NCBI GenBank assembly: GCA_001567505.1 | Contig: LLEU01000059.1 | Coordinates: forward strand, 35,274 to 99,273 | DNA from: Acidobacteria bacterium OLB17 | Lineage (GTDB): Bacteria > Acidobacteriota > Blastocatellia > Pyrinomonadales > Pyrinomonadaceae | Direction: 5' to 3' | Length of the DNA: 64,000 nt | Shown here: positions 46,909 to 56,877 of the stretch, one piece after another | How the letters are laid out: each line of letters begins with the position of its first letter | How positions within the stretch are numbered: the first letter of the stretch is position 1 | The notes under the pieces: generated by a model | What the model was told of the DNA's origin: nothing | What the model saw: only the letters and a program-made list of their open reading frames with translations | Databases searched by the model: none | Program-made: the position numbers and the translations under genes

Positions 46909-49089
46909 TCAAAAATAGCGGACCGTATAGCTGAATTTTATCCCGCGTCCGATCTCAGGTGAGATGTCCTTGATGAAAGAAACGTGGTTGAAATATAGCT
47001 TGTTGTTGAGATTAAAGGCACTTACGCCGAAGAGATGCGCGAGGTGCTTCTGAACCACAACGTAGCTTGCCGTTAGGTTTACGACGCCGTAGCCAGCGGT
47101 CGGGGCTTCGCCGGTGAAGGTGCGCGCCTGCTTTGCGACCGCTACGAACTCAGGCTTAATGCTGAAGGAATTGTAGTGAATATCGAGGCCGATGCGTCCC
47201 CGAAGCGGCGGGATCCGCGGGAGCGGCCTTCCGTCGAAAAGCGTCGCCCGAACACTATCGGCGCCCAAGAGCAGATCTACGAACTTCGAGAGCTTAGCCT
47301 GTCCTTGCAATTCGAAACCCCAGAATCGGCTTGTGCCCTGCAGATATTGCGCGATCGGGAATCCGCTGTCGGCATCGTACGCGCCCGTCGGTGCAAGAAA
47401 GACGTAATCGCGGAGCCGGTAGTAGTAGAATGACGCTTCGCCCCGGAAACGTTCCGTGTTCTGCGAGAACGAGAGATCGACTCCGTCGCCGATCTCCGGG
47501 CGAAGAGCGGTGTTACCGATCTCGAAAGCGAGGGTCCCGTCATGTGGGCCGTGATTGTAAAGCTCATCGAGCGCCGGCGGCCGATACGAATGTTTGTAGC
47601 TTGCGACGAATCTCCCGCCTTTCCATGCGTCGAACTTAGCGCTTGCGGCGCCGGAAACCCCCGAGAATTCCCGGTCCGGAAGCATCGAATTCCGCGGCCC
47701 GTAATGTCGATGCTCCAAACGGCCCGCGAACTCGAACGCGAACCTTTCGAACTTCACCTGCTCGAACGCAAAGCCCGAATATGCGTGCTCTTTTACGGGG
47801 CCGTCGATGAGCATTTCTTCGCCGACGGTCGAGAAATCGCGGGCGGAGAATTCGAAGCCGAACTTTCCGCTCAGCCTGCCGTACGGCTTCTGTTCGAAAA
47901 TGCCGCGAACGGCCGATGTGTCGTTCCGGAATGTCGTCCCGACAACGCTGTCCGCGATCTCCTGATGCCGATAACGCGAGAGATCGACCGTGATGCGTAT
48001 CTTCGAGAACGGGAGAGCGCCGTCGTTGTATCCGAAGCTAAAGCGCGTGTCGTTCCGGTGCATCCTGATCGAGCGGGATTCCGGCGCATCCTCGCGGATG
48101 TCGAGCGGGATCCCGTAGCGGTTTTGCACATACGCGAAAGACGCATTGAAGAATGCCTTTTCGCCGTAGTATCCGAGCCCGACCGTTCCGCCGGCCGAGC
48201 GCGTGAATGTATTCAGCACCTTGCCGCGATCGCCGCCGGCCGAATACGCGTTCGAGCGTTGGCCGTTCGCATTCGCCCAGACGAGCCAGTTCTTACGGCC
48301 ATACTGAAATCCGCCCGCAGCGGTAGCGGATGCTCCCGGAAAGCCGCCAGAGGTCGAAAGATAGCCGCGCAAGCCGGGATGAGCTTCTTCCTCACGGCCC
48401 GAGACAGCGTTCACCACGCCGCCGATCGCTCCGCTCGAATAGAGCAGAGTCTCCGGCCCTTTGATCACTTCGATGCGCTCGACGGAGAGAGTATCGACGG
48501 GTTCGGCGTGGTCGCCCGATTGTGCCCCGAGCGAACCGACGCCAACGCCGTCCGTCGTGACCTTGACGCGGTCGCCATCGAACCCGCGTATCACCGGCCG
48601 TGAAGCTCCGGGGCCGGCCGAACGCTTTGCAACGCCCGCTTCGTCCGCGAGCACGTCGCCGAGGCCCGTGGTCGGCTTTGCCGTTATCTGAACGGAATCA
48701 AGCGTCGCAACGTTCGAGAACGTCACCTGCTGAGACGCCTCATCGCCGGACACGCTCACTTCTGCGGAAACGCCAGCGAGCTGGATCTCGATCTCGACCG
48801 TTGTCGAGCCGCCAGCGTTCACGACGGCCGTCTTCGCTGCGTCTTTAAAGCCCTCGATGTGGGTCGAGAGATGGTAAGTGCCGGGCTTTAGGCCCGTGAA
48901 TTGGAACGCGCCGACGTTGTCCGTGGCGGTGACGCAGTCGAGTTCCTTGATCTTTACGGAGACGTTGTGGACGACCGCTCTATCCGGGCCGTAAACCACG
49001 GTGCCGGAGATCGAACCGGCCGTTTGCTGGGCAGTCGATGCGCCGACGAATATCAGCATCGCGGCCAATGGGAAAAATATTCTCTTCAT
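46909..49089 (-). CDS. TonB-dependent outer-membrane receptor with an N-terminal CarboxypepD_reg-like domain
   Basis: It has a signal peptide, then SISGTVVYGP...VSVKIKEL, a plug region (IEVIKGPETLLYSSGAIGGVVN), and a barrel ending in a terminal aromatic residue (...KFSYTVRYF). Confidence 0.85.
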   Translation of the reverse strand: MKRIFFPLAAMLIFVGASTAQQTAGSISGTVVYGPDRAVVHNVSVKIKELDCVTATDNVGAFQFTGLKPGTYHLSTHIEGFKDAAKTAVVNAGGSTTVEIEIQLAGVSAEVSVSGDEASQQVTFSNVATLDSVQITAKPTTGLGDVLADEAGVAKRSAGPGASRPVIRGFDGDRVKVTTDGVGVGSLGAQSGDHAEPVDTLSVERIEVIKGPETLLYSSGAIGGVVNAVSGREEEAHPGLRGYLSTSGGFPGASATAAGGFQYGRKNWLVWANANGQRSNAYSAGGDRGKVLNTFTRSAGGTVGLGYYGEKAFFNASFAYVQNRYGIPLDIREDAPESRSIRMHRNDTRFSFGYNDGALPFSKIRITVDLSRYRHQEIADSVVGTTFRNDTSAVRGIFEQKPYGRLSGKFGFEFSARDFSTVGEEMLIDGPVKEHAYSGFAFEQVKFERFAFEFAGRLEHRHYGPRNSMLPDREFSGVSGAASAKFDAWKGGRFVASYKHSYRPPALDELYNHGPHDGTLAFEIGNTALRPEIGDGVDLSFSQNTERFRGEASFYYYRLRDYVFLAPTGAYDADSGFPIAQYLQGTSRFWGFELQGQAKLSKFVDLLLGADSVRATLFDGRPLPRIPPLRGRIGLDIHYNSFSIKPEFVAVAKQARTFTGEAPTAGYGVVNLTASYVVVQKHLAHLFGVSAFNLNNKLYFNHVSFIKDISPEIGRGIKFSYTVRYF

Positions 49090-49304
49090 TTCTAAACCTT
49101 CCTGATCTCAATCGGTTGAGGACGCGGCCAGAATGCGAAGGGCATTGATGCGTGACAATGTTCGATCTACGCCGGATACGTCCTGTGGCAAGGCCTTGCG
49201 GCCCTTCGAGAACGCGGCCCGCGCAGGACGCCCGAAGGCAGATCAGCGTAGTACCGCGCCCGGAAAAGGCGGTTCAAAGGCCAAAAGGTGCGAAATTCGC
49301 AGGG

Positions 49305-49685
49305 TCAGGAAAGTTTTGGTGGGCGAAATTGGGGGTCCGGCGGCCTGAACAGCGGCTTTGAGTCGGCGTACGCGAATGAAGCCGCGGCCCGGCCGAGATC
49401 CGCGTCGGACGGCAGTAGGAAGCCGCCGATGAGGCCATTGTGCTGAACTTTATCGTGTGCGAAAGAAGCGGTTTGGCGTTCCTTTTCGCGGTTATTCGAA
49501 CAAAGGACGAGAGTTTGGCAAGGATCTTCGCTGTCGTGCTGCGAAGCGGTCATCTCGTCGGCAGTATGGTGGACGACCACGGCGCAGATCGCGCCGTGCG
49601 ATGCGAATTCCGCAACGAGGACAACAAAGAACAGCCCTGAAATGAGCCGAATCCATTTTTTGTTCTTCGCAAAGGTCCGCATCAT
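49305..49685 (-). CDS. Small membrane-anchored hypothetical protein upstream of the TonB receptor
   Basis: The protein is 126 aa, with an N-terminal TM (LISGLFFVVLVAEFASHGAICAVVV) and His/Cys-containing segments. The family is not recognised with confidence. Confidence 0.4.
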   Translation of the reverse strand: MMRTFAKNKKWIRLISGLFFVVLVAEFASHGAICAVVVHHTADEMTASQHDSEDPCQTLVLCSNNREKERQTASFAHDKVQHNGLIGGFLLPSDADLGRAAASFAYADSKPLFRPPDPQFRPPKLS

Positions 49686-49890
49686 CCTAAGTATAACGAA
49701 GTATCAGATGAAATATACGCCGCACCGAGCCGAAAGGTTTCGTGGCCTGAGCGCGGCCTCCGTCTGGATTGCCTGCGAATTGCCGTGCGGATAGAATTGT
49801 GTTTTCAAGGAAGAATGGGTCCTGAGAGTTCACAAAGAATTAACACGCGGATGTTAGCGTTGAGCTTAAAGGGGATGCATTCTTGACCTT

Positions 49891-50577
49891 ATGCACCAGC
49901 ACATTCTTGTCGTTGAAGACGACGCCGACATCGCCGAGAGCCTCGAATATAACCTTCGCCGTGCGGGTTTTCGGCCAATTGTGGCCGAATCGGGAGAAAA
50001 GGGCCTGCATCTTGCTCTCGATAAACGTGCCCGCCCAAAACTGATCATTCTCGACCTGATGCTGCCGGGCATGAGCGGCACGGAATTGTGCCGAAGGATC
50101 AGACGCGAGCCCGCAGCGGCCGATACGCCGATAATAATGCTGACGGCGAGGTCGTCCGAGGCGGACCGCATCGCGGGCCTCGACATCGGCGCGGATGACT
50201 ACATAGTTAAACCGTTCTCGGTAAAGGAATTGATCGCCCGCGTGAACGCCGTCCTTCGCCGAAGCGAAAAGGAAGAGGGCCGTATCTATCGCGACAAACG
50301 GCTTCTCGTCGATCGCGAGGCCGTACGTGTCGAATGCGAAGGGAAGCCGGTTAAACTTACGCGGAAGGAATTCTCGCTGCTCGAACATTTGATCGACAAC
50401 ATCGGCCGAGTCGCACCGCGGCAGCAGCTTCTTGACAGCGTTTGGGGATACAGCTATTTCGGCGATTCGCGGACGCTCGACGTGCATATCAGGCGGCTGC
50501 GGCAGAAGCTCGGAAGCTGCGGCGGGTCGGTCGAAACCGTTATCGGCGTCGGATACAGATTCGTGGGGTGCAAGTAG
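49891..50577 (+). CDS. OmpR/PhoB-family response regulator
   Basis: The receiver domain (ILVVEDDADIAE...LIILDLMLPGMSG) is followed by a winged-helix domain (LTRKEFSLLEHL...RTLDVHIRRLRQKL). Confidence 0.9.
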   Translation: MHQHILVVEDDADIAESLEYNLRRAGFRPIVAESGEKGLHLALDKRARPKLIILDLMLPGMSGTELCRRIRREPAAADTPIIMLTARSSEADRIAGLDIGADDYIVKPFSVKELIARVNAVLRRSEKEEGRIYRDKRLLVDREAVRVECEGKPVKLTRKEFSLLEHLIDNIGRVAPRQQLLDSVWGYSYFGDSRTLDVHIRRLRQKLGSCGGSVETVIGVGYRFVGCK

Positions 50578-50582
50578 CGTCG

Positions 50583-51617
50583 ATGGAAGAGACCGAGCGG
50601 CGCAAGATCCTGTCAGCGATACTCGATACCACGCGCGAGTGCGTACTCGTTGCCGATGAGAGTTTCCGTATTTCGGGATGGAATGAGGCCGCACGAAAGG
50701 CCTTCTCACCGAACACATCGCCGGAAGGGCGAAGGATCAGCGAGATCATCCGCGACCTCGACCTTCACGAAGCATTTCGCCGGGCTCTCGTTTCCGGGAT
50801 CGAATCCGAGATCAGGCTCGAGACGGCGGGCGGAGACCGGAAGTTCGATGTTCACGTCTCGCCGCTGCTCCTTTCGCCGAGCCGCGAAGCCATCGCATTC
50901 TTTTACGAAACAACGCGGCTTGACCGACTCGAGGTCGTAAGGCAGGAGTTCCTCTCGAATATTTCGCACGAGCTGCGTACGCCGCTTACCTCGATACTCG
51001 CCTTCGTCGAAACGCTTGAGGACGGCGGCATCGAGGACGAAGGGAATAATCGCCGATTCCTAGGCGTGATCCGTCGGAACGCCGAACGAATGAACAGCCT
51101 CATCGCGGACATTCTCGAACTTTCGCAGATCGAGGCCGGCCGCGTTGCCGTCGAGCCCGTGGCGGTCGATCTCCACGGCCTCGTGAGCGAGATATTTACG
51201 GCACTCGGTGCGAAGGCCCGTTCGCGTGAGGTCAGCTTGGAGTCAGCCGTCGATCCGGCGGTGCGGGTCTTTGCGGACACGCGCAGGCTCGAGCAGATGC
51301 TCGTAAATCTCATTGACAACGCTATCAAATTCGATCGTACAGGCGGCCTGGTGACCGTCTCTCACGAGAGACGGGACGGCCTCGACCTCATCAGCGTCTC
51401 GGATACGGGCGAAGGCATCCTGCCTGAGCATCTCGTGCGTATCTTCGAACGGTTCTATCGGGTCGATCGCGCCCGTTCGCGTGAAATGGGCGGCACGGGC
51501 CTTGGGCTTGCGATCGTCAAGCATCTCGCGCGCCTGCACAACGGGGACGCGTCGGTCGAATCAACGCTCGGAAAGGGTTCGACCTTTCGGATCGAGCTTC
51601 CCGCCTTTGAAAAATAG
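50583..51617 (+). CDS. Cytoplasmic PAS-domain sensor histidine kinase (PhoR-like)
   Basis: ATG 50583 lies 6 nt after the regulator stop. The PAS-like N-terminus is followed by H-box SHELRTPLTSI, N box NLIDNAIKF, and G boxes DTGEGI and GTGLGLAIV. No TM segment is seen. Confidence 0.85.
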   Translation: MEETERRKILSAILDTTRECVLVADESFRISGWNEAARKAFSPNTSPEGRRISEIIRDLDLHEAFRRALVSGIESEIRLETAGGDRKFDVHVSPLLLSPSREAIAFFYETTRLDRLEVVRQEFLSNISHELRTPLTSILAFVETLEDGGIEDEGNNRRFLGVIRRNAERMNSLIADILELSQIEAGRVAVEPVAVDLHGLVSEIFTALGAKARSREVSLESAVDPAVRVFADTRRLEQMLVNLIDNAIKFDRTGGLVTVSHERRDGLDLISVSDTGEGILPEHLVRIFERFYRVDRARSREMGGTGLGLAIVKHLARLHNGDASVESTLGKGSTFRIELPAFEK

Positions 51618-51758
51618 GTTCGCAAATCCTCGCGGCCTGTGCTATACTGCCTTTACTTTCTAAATTTATCGTTTGCCCGCCGAACCTTGTAAATGCAAGG
51701 TTTGACAGCATTTTGTCACACGTTGCTCAGCGTTTGAGGCACGTGGATCGAAGCGGCA

Positions 51759-52292
51759 ATGAAGCTCGAAGTCGGAAAAAAGGTTTGTTACCCCGGACAA
51801 GGTGTTTGTTCGGTGGAATCTCGAACTGAACGCCGGATCGGCGATACCCAGGTAAAGGGTTTTTATCTTCGCGTAGTTAGCGACCGGTCTTCCATCTTCG
51901 TCCCGGAGGCAAATGTCGATTCGGTCGGCCTTCGGCCCGTCATTAGCGACTCGCAGTGCAAGAGGTTGATCACTCGGCTTGCAGAGGATTTCGAATCTGC
52001 ATCGTCGGATTGGAAATCGAGGTCGCGCGAGTTTATGCAAAAGCTCCAATCGGGCGACATCTTCGCCGCGGCCGACGTCCTGAAGAAACTTACATACCTG
52101 AGCAGGGAAAAGCGGCTCTCATTCCGCGAGCAGACGCTGCTTGAGAAGGCAAAATTCCTGATCGTTTCCGAGATCACGAACTCATCCTCAAAAGACCCCG
52201 AAGCGACCGCGATACAGGTCGCGGCACGCGTCGAGCGCGCGTGCGCCAAACATCTGGCTTCGAGCTCTAATGCCGCTGCCGCCGGTTCCTGA
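51759..52292 (+). CDS. carD: CarD/CdnL family transcriptional regulator
   Basis: The sequence is [40 protein letters not shown]...[16 protein letters not shown]. Confidence 0.8.
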   Translation: MKLEVGKKVCYPGQGVCSVESRTERRIGDTQVKGFYLRVVSDRSSIFVPEANVDSVGLRPVISDSQCKRLITRLAEDFESASSDWKSRSREFMQKLQSGDIFAAADVLKKLTYLSREKRLSFREQTLLEKAKFLIVSEITNSSSKDPEATAIQVAARVERACAKHLASSSNAAAAGS

Positions 52293-52293
52293 T

Positions 52294-52714
52294 TCAGGCC
52301 TTTTTTGTAGCTTGCCTTTACGACCGTCTTTATGTTGCCGCGAACGTTGAAATCGCCCTCGATCTCGAGCGCGAGCGGGTCGCAGGCGGCAATGAAATCG
52401 TCGCGTATGAGATTAATGACGTGCTCGTGGAAGATCTTCACCTCGCGGAACGAGTTGATATAGAGCTTCAGGCTCTTTAGCTCTACACAGAGCTTATTCG
52501 GCACATATCGCAGCCTGATCGTCGCAAAATCGGGAAAATCCGAAAAGGGGCAGATGGCCGTAAATTCCGGTATCTCGAACTCGACCCAAATTTCCTTTCC
52601 GGCGTATTCGTACGGGAAAGAATCAAGCGGCGTGAGGTTCATTTCCTCTCGCGGTGTCGGGCGTATATCAAGCCCTTGTTTATTGCTGCCCTCAGGCTGC
52701 CTTTCGTCTAGCAT
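52294..52714 (-). CDS. queF: NADPH-dependent 7-cyano-7-deazaguanine reductase QueF (type I); as sequenced the ORF reads through to 51863 because of an extra T in run 52301-52306
   Basis: Blocks seen: [38 protein letters not shown] and HEH. As sequenced the frame runs about 430 nt antisense through carD. Removing one base gives ...KASYKKA with a stop at 52294-52296, 2 nt from the carD stop. Confidence 0.8.
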
Positions 52715-53522
52715 ATTTTCTTCGTCTTGAAGCAAGGCCGTGCACCGTCGCAAGATCGGTGACGCCTTCGCCCCTCAACTGATCCAATAGATTGATGAAC
52801 ACGTAAGCCGTCGCATAGGCGTCGGCCCCGGCACGATGATGATTTGAAAGATCGATCGAGTAATGGTCCGCTACGGTCTTGAGCTTATGATTCTCGATAT
52901 CAGGAAGCAGCCGCCGCGAAAGCTGCACCGTGCAGAGGCATTGATTCGCAAGGCGGTACTCCGGAAAGACGAGGCCGATCTCGTGATTGAGAAAGCGCAT
53001 ATCGAACGCGGAATTGTGCGCAACGAGGACGGCATCGCCGATGAATTCAAGGAGGTCGCCCGCGATCTCCGCAAACCGCGGCGCATTCGCGACCATCTCG
53101 TCGCTGATGCCGGTCAACGCGGTTATGAACGGCGGAATGCTCGTCTCAGGATTTACGAGCGTCTGGAATGTATCCTGAACCTCAAGGCCGCGGACGCGAT
53201 ACGCCCCGATCTCCGTGACGCGATGCGGTTCTTTTGCTCCCGTGGTCTCGAGGTCAAAGACGACGAACTCGGTATCCGCGATATCGCCGTCGAGGCCGTC
53301 ATCCGCGACAAGTACGACCGTTTCTTCGCAAAGTTCGAGCCGCGGGTCGCGTTCGATCAGGTCGGCGACGAGCAGTTTTGCCATCAGCGGATCGGGACGC
53401 CGGATCTTCATCACGAAATCCACGACACTGACCGCCGAAGCTCGGCCGTTAAAGGAGCGCAGCAGCGAGATCGTCTCGTTTATTAGCAAAGAGTTGGAAA
53501 TTAGGTTAGGATACCGTTTCAC
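52692..53522 (-). CDS. DnaQ-like 3'-5' exonuclease domain protein (DNA polymerase III epsilon family)
   Basis: Exo I is [10 protein letters not shown], Exo II is [13 protein letters not shown], and Exo III is [15 protein letters not shown]. An approximately 90-aa N-terminal region has no recognised family. Confidence 0.75.
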   Translation of the reverse strand: MKRYPNLISNSLLINETISLLRSFNGRASAVSVVDFVMKIRRPDPLMAKLLVADLIERDPRLELCEETVVLVADDGLDGDIADTEFVVFDLETTGAKEPHRVTEIGAYRVRGLEVQDTFQTLVNPETSIPPFITALTGISDEMVANAPRFAEIAGDLLEFIGDAVLVAHNSAFDMRFLNHEIGLVFPEYRLANQCLCTVQLSRRLLPDIENHKLKTVADHYSIDLSNHHRAGADAYATAYVFINLLDQLRGEGVTDLATVHGLASRRRKYARRKAA

Positions 53523-53575
53523 TTTTACCTGATTTTAGCAGACTTTTGGGTGCTTGCTTCAATCACGCGAAATTT

Positions 53576-54157
53576 ATGGATGCGGAAAACCGAATTCTCG
53601 AAATGTTCCGCGAGCGCGGTGCGTTGCTCGAAGGGCATTTCATCCTTTCGAGTGGCCGGCACAGCCGCGAGTATCTCCAATGTGCAAAAGCACTAGAGTT
53701 CCCTGCGGATGCGAACGCCTTGGGCCGAAAGATCGCCGAGCTTTTCGCCGATCTTGATATCGAGACGGTCGCTTCGCCCGCGATCGGCGGCCTTGTGATC
53801 GGTTATGCGGTCGCGTCGGCGATGAATGTCCGCTTCCTTTGGACGGAAAGACAGAATGGCGAAATGACGCTTCGGCGGGGATTTGAGCTGCGGCCGAAGG
53901 AGCGGATCCTCGTCGTCGAGGACGTGATCACGACCGGCGGTTCGACTCGCGAATGCATCGCCGAACTCGAACGCCGCGGCGGGAATGTTGTTGCGGCAGC
54001 CTCGATCATCGACCGCTCGAACGGCAAGGCCGATGTCGGCATCGGCCGTAAGGCACTTGTAAAGATGGATGTCGAGAGTTTTTCGGCCGAAGAATGTCCG
54101 ATGTGTGCCGAGGGTGTGCCGGCAATAAAACCGGGGAGCAGGGCAAACAACGCGTGA
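53576..54157 (+). CDS. pyrE: Orotate phosphoribosyltransferase
   Basis: Blocks seen: GHFILSSGRHSREYLQC and the PRPP loop ILVVEDVITTGGST. Confidence 0.9.
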   Translation: MDAENRILEMFRERGALLEGHFILSSGRHSREYLQCAKALEFPADANALGRKIAELFADLDIETVASPAIGGLVIGYAVASAMNVRFLWTERQNGEMTLRRGFELRPKERILVVEDVITTGGSTRECIAELERRGGNVVAAASIIDRSNGKADVGIGRKALVKMDVESFSAEECPMCAEGVPAIKPGSRANNA

Positions 54158-54999
54158 AGGCCGTCTGCTTCCTTTCGATGGACGATCTTACGGGCTACGT
54201 CTCGGACGACGAGCTTGCTGTCGCTCCGCTTGCGGAGTTGGACATACGCGTCGAGACGGTCCCGTGGCGGCAGCGCATGCGCGAATGGAGCGAGTTCGAT
54301 GCGGTCGTCATCAGGACGACGTGGGACTATCAGCGCTCGCCTGTGGAATTCCTTGACGTTCTTGCCGAGATCGAAGCTGCGACACGGCTCCTTAATTCGC
54401 GAAAGGTCGTCGAGTGGAATTTCGACAAGATCTATCTCCGCGAGCTCCGGGACAGCGGCGTCGATATCGTTTCGACGCTCTTTGAGACGCAGTATTCGCA
54501 GGCGAATTTTGCCCGCTGGCTCGATGAACTCGACGCTCCGGAACTGATCGTCAAACCGCGTGTGAGCGCAACGGCCGAGCACACTTTTCGGCTACGCGAA
54601 TTCGATGCTTCGCTGGAGAGCATTTTTGCCGAGCGGCCGTTCCTCGTTCAGCCGTTCTTGGATGAGATCGTAAGGACAGGCGAATATTCGCTCTTCTATT
54701 TTGACGGCGAATTCAGCCACGCGATCCTAAAAGAGCCGAAAACCCACGATTTTCGGGTCCAGGAGGAACACGGCGGCATCATCTCGGCCGTCGAAGCGAC
54801 TGATGCAATGAGAAATGCCGCGGCGAAGGCCCTCTCGGTGATACCGGAAAAGCTGTTGTACGCACGCGTCGATCTCGTACCGAGCGCCTCGAGCGGTTTT
54901 CAGTTGATGGAGCTCGAGTTGATCGAACCTGCGCTCTATTTTCGAATGGAAGAGCATGCCGCGAAAAGATTTGCGGAGGCCGTTGCTCGTTCTATCTAA
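54154..54999 (+). CDS. ATP-grasp fold protein (RimK/glutathione-synthetase-like), function unknown
   Basis: A GTG start overlaps the pyrE stop as GTGA. ATP-grasp-like blocks are LIVKPRVSATAEHTF, EYSLFYFDGEFSHAI and ARVDLV...LMELELIEP. Confidence 0.5.
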   Translation: MKAVCFLSMDDLTGYVSDDELAVAPLAELDIRVETVPWRQRMREWSEFDAVVIRTTWDYQRSPVEFLDVLAEIEAATRLLNSRKVVEWNFDKIYLRELRDSGVDIVSTLFETQYSQANFARWLDELDAPELIVKPRVSATAEHTFRLREFDASLESIFAERPFLVQPFLDEIVRTGEYSLFYFDGEFSHAILKEPKTHDFRVQEEHGGIISAVEATDAMRNAAAKALSVIPEKLLYARVDLVPSASSGFQLMELELIEPALYFRMEEHAAKRFAEAVARSI

Positions 55000-55023
55000 C
55001 ACGCCGCAACCGAGTTTTTGCCA

Positions 55024-55779
55024 ATGACGAATTACAAACTTCTGATCCAATACGACGGGACCGATTTTCACGGCTGGCAGGTGCAGGAGAACTCGCGCAC
55101 GATCCAGGGCGAGCTCGAACGCGTCTGTCGGATGCTCGAGGATGCGGACGTGAAGGTCGTGGGCTCCGGACGTACCGACGCGGGCGTACACGCGGAAGGC
55201 CAGGTCGCGAATATCGTGATGCACAAGCCCTTTACGCCGGACACGCTGCGAGCCGCGATAAACGGCAACCTTTGGCGCGACATTCGCATTATGTCGGCCG
55301 AAAAGGCACCTGACGATTTTCACGCTCGGTTCTCCGCCAAACAAAAGACCTACGTTTACCGCATCATTAACGCACCCGTGATGTCGCCGCTCTGGCGGCG
55401 CTTTGCGCATCACGAAGCAAAGCCGCTTGACGTTGTGAAGATGACCGAGGCCGGACGGCTTTTCCTTGGCGAACACGATTGGTCAGCGTTCGCCTCCGCG
55501 GGCACGGAGACGGATAACAAGGTTCGGCTTATTACGGACGTAAGCCTAAAGACGGTCTGGGATCCGCGTGCAAGAGCGTCGCTCATCGAATTTCGGATCA
55601 CCGCGACGGGCTTTCTGCGGTATATGGTGCGCTCGATCGTAGGCACTTTGCTCGATGTCGGACACGGCACGAAGAACGGTGATACAATTCAGACTGCGAT
55701 CGTGACGGGAGATCGGACGCTGTGCGGAAAGACCGCGCCTGCACAAGGCCTGACGCTCGAGAGCGTCGAATACGACTAG
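55024..55779 (+). CDS. truA: tRNA pseudouridine(38-40) synthase TruA
   Basis: Blocks seen: YKLLIQYDGTDFHGWQVQ, GSGRTDAGVHAEGQV and FLRYMVRSIVG. Confidence 0.9.
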   Translation: MTNYKLLIQYDGTDFHGWQVQENSRTIQGELERVCRMLEDADVKVVGSGRTDAGVHAEGQVANIVMHKPFTPDTLRAAINGNLWRDIRIMSAEKAPDDFHARFSAKQKTYVYRIINAPVMSPLWRRFAHHEAKPLDVVKMTEAGRLFLGEHDWSAFASAGTETDNKVRLITDVSLKTVWDPRARASLIEFRITATGFLRYMVRSIVGTLLDVGHGTKNGDTIQTAIVTGDRTLCGKTAPAQGLTLESVEYD

Positions 55780-55800
55780 CGGAGGCGCTTGACCGAATAA

Positions 55801-56097
55801 ATGCTCATTTACCATATCGTCGAAAAAGAGGTATGGGACGGTATGTGTTCTGAGATGTACGCTCCGGCGGGCCTCGAGCGGGAAGGCTTTATTCACTGCA
55901 GTTTTTCGGAGCAGCTTGAAGGCGTGATCGAGCGATATTATGAGAAAGGCTCAGAGCTTGCTGTGCTCGAGATCGACCCCGAATACCTGATGTCGCGCGT
56001 GGTCAACGAACCGTCAACCAACGAAGAGATCTATCCGCACATCTACGGGCCGATCAATCTCGCGGCGGTCGTTTCCGTCCAATACCGTAAAGCATGA
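55801..56097 (+). CDS. DUF952 domain protein
   Basis: The protein is 98 aa: MLIYHIVEKEVW...EGFIHCSFSEQLEGVIERYY...LEID...YPHIYGPINLAAV. Confidence 0.7.
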   Translation: MLIYHIVEKEVWDGMCSEMYAPAGLEREGFIHCSFSEQLEGVIERYYEKGSELAVLEIDPEYLMSRVVNEPSTNEEIYPHIYGPINLAAVVSVQYRKA

Positions 56098-56870
56098 TCG
56101 AAGCTGCTTTTGACGGCATCGTCAAACGAAATTCAACCGAAGGCAAACTACTCGCCGAGATCGACCCGTCGCGGATGCCGCGGCACATCGCCGTCATTAT
56201 GGACGGGAACGGCCGCTGGGCGAAAATGCGCGGCCGCCCGCGTATTTTCGGGCATCGTGAAGGCGCGGAATCCGTACGTTCGCTCCTCGACACCTCGGCG
56301 CGTCTCGGGATCGAAGCGATAACGTTGTTCGCCTTCTCCACAGAGAACTGGAAACGCCCGAAAGCTGAGGTTTCTGCGCTTATGTCGATGCTCAAACGCG
56401 TCCTAAAACGTGAGCTTCGCGAGGTGCACGGGAATAATATACGCTTCCGCACTATCGGCGACGTCGCCGCGTTGAGCGAAGATGTAAGGGAACAGCTTGC
56501 TGCTGCTGAAGAGTTGACGGCCGGGAACACGGGCACCGTGATGAACGTGGCCTTGAATTACGGATCGCGTGCGGAGATCGTGCGGGCGGCTGCCCTTGCG
56601 GCGAAAAAGGGCGAGATCACGGAAGAGAGCATCGAAGCGAATCTTTACACGAGCGGCCTTCCGCCGGTCGATCTGCTCATCAGAACGAGCGGCGAATTTC
56701 GCATCTCGAACTTTCTTCTCTGGCAGATCGCGTACAGCGAGATCTATGTGACGCCGACGCTTTTCCCGGATTTTCGCCGACGGCAGCTCTTTGAGGCGAT
56801 AATCGATTTTCAGAAACGCGACCGCCGATACGGCGGCTTGAGCTCGAGTTCGCCGCCGAAGGAGAAATGA
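56094..56870 (+). CDS. uppS: Isoprenyl transferase (undecaprenyl diphosphate synthase)
   Basis: Blocks seen: HIAVIMDGNGRWA, FAFSTENWKRP and IRTSGEFRISNFLLWQIAYSE. The start overlaps the DUF952 stop as ATGA. Confidence 0.9.
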   Translation: MIEAAFDGIVKRNSTEGKLLAEIDPSRMPRHIAVIMDGNGRWAKMRGRPRIFGHREGAESVRSLLDTSARLGIEAITLFAFSTENWKRPKAEVSALMSMLKRVLKRELREVHGNNIRFRTIGDVAALSEDVREQLAAAEELTAGNTGTVMNVALNYGSRAEIVRAAALAAKKGEITEESIEANLYTSGLPPVDLLIRTSGEFRISNFLLWQIAYSEIYVTPTLFPDFRRRQLFEAIIDFQKRDRRYGGLSSSSPPKEK

Positions 56871-56877
56871 CCGACCT

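Noticed and set aside
49090-49304. A cobalamin (B12) riboswitch in the leader of the TonB-dependent receptor.
   Set aside because: I could not find the B12-box (GCCACTG-type) in proper context, nor the conserved GGTG...AA..CC core. Only generic GC-rich hairpins are present, so this needs an Rfam scan before any claim.
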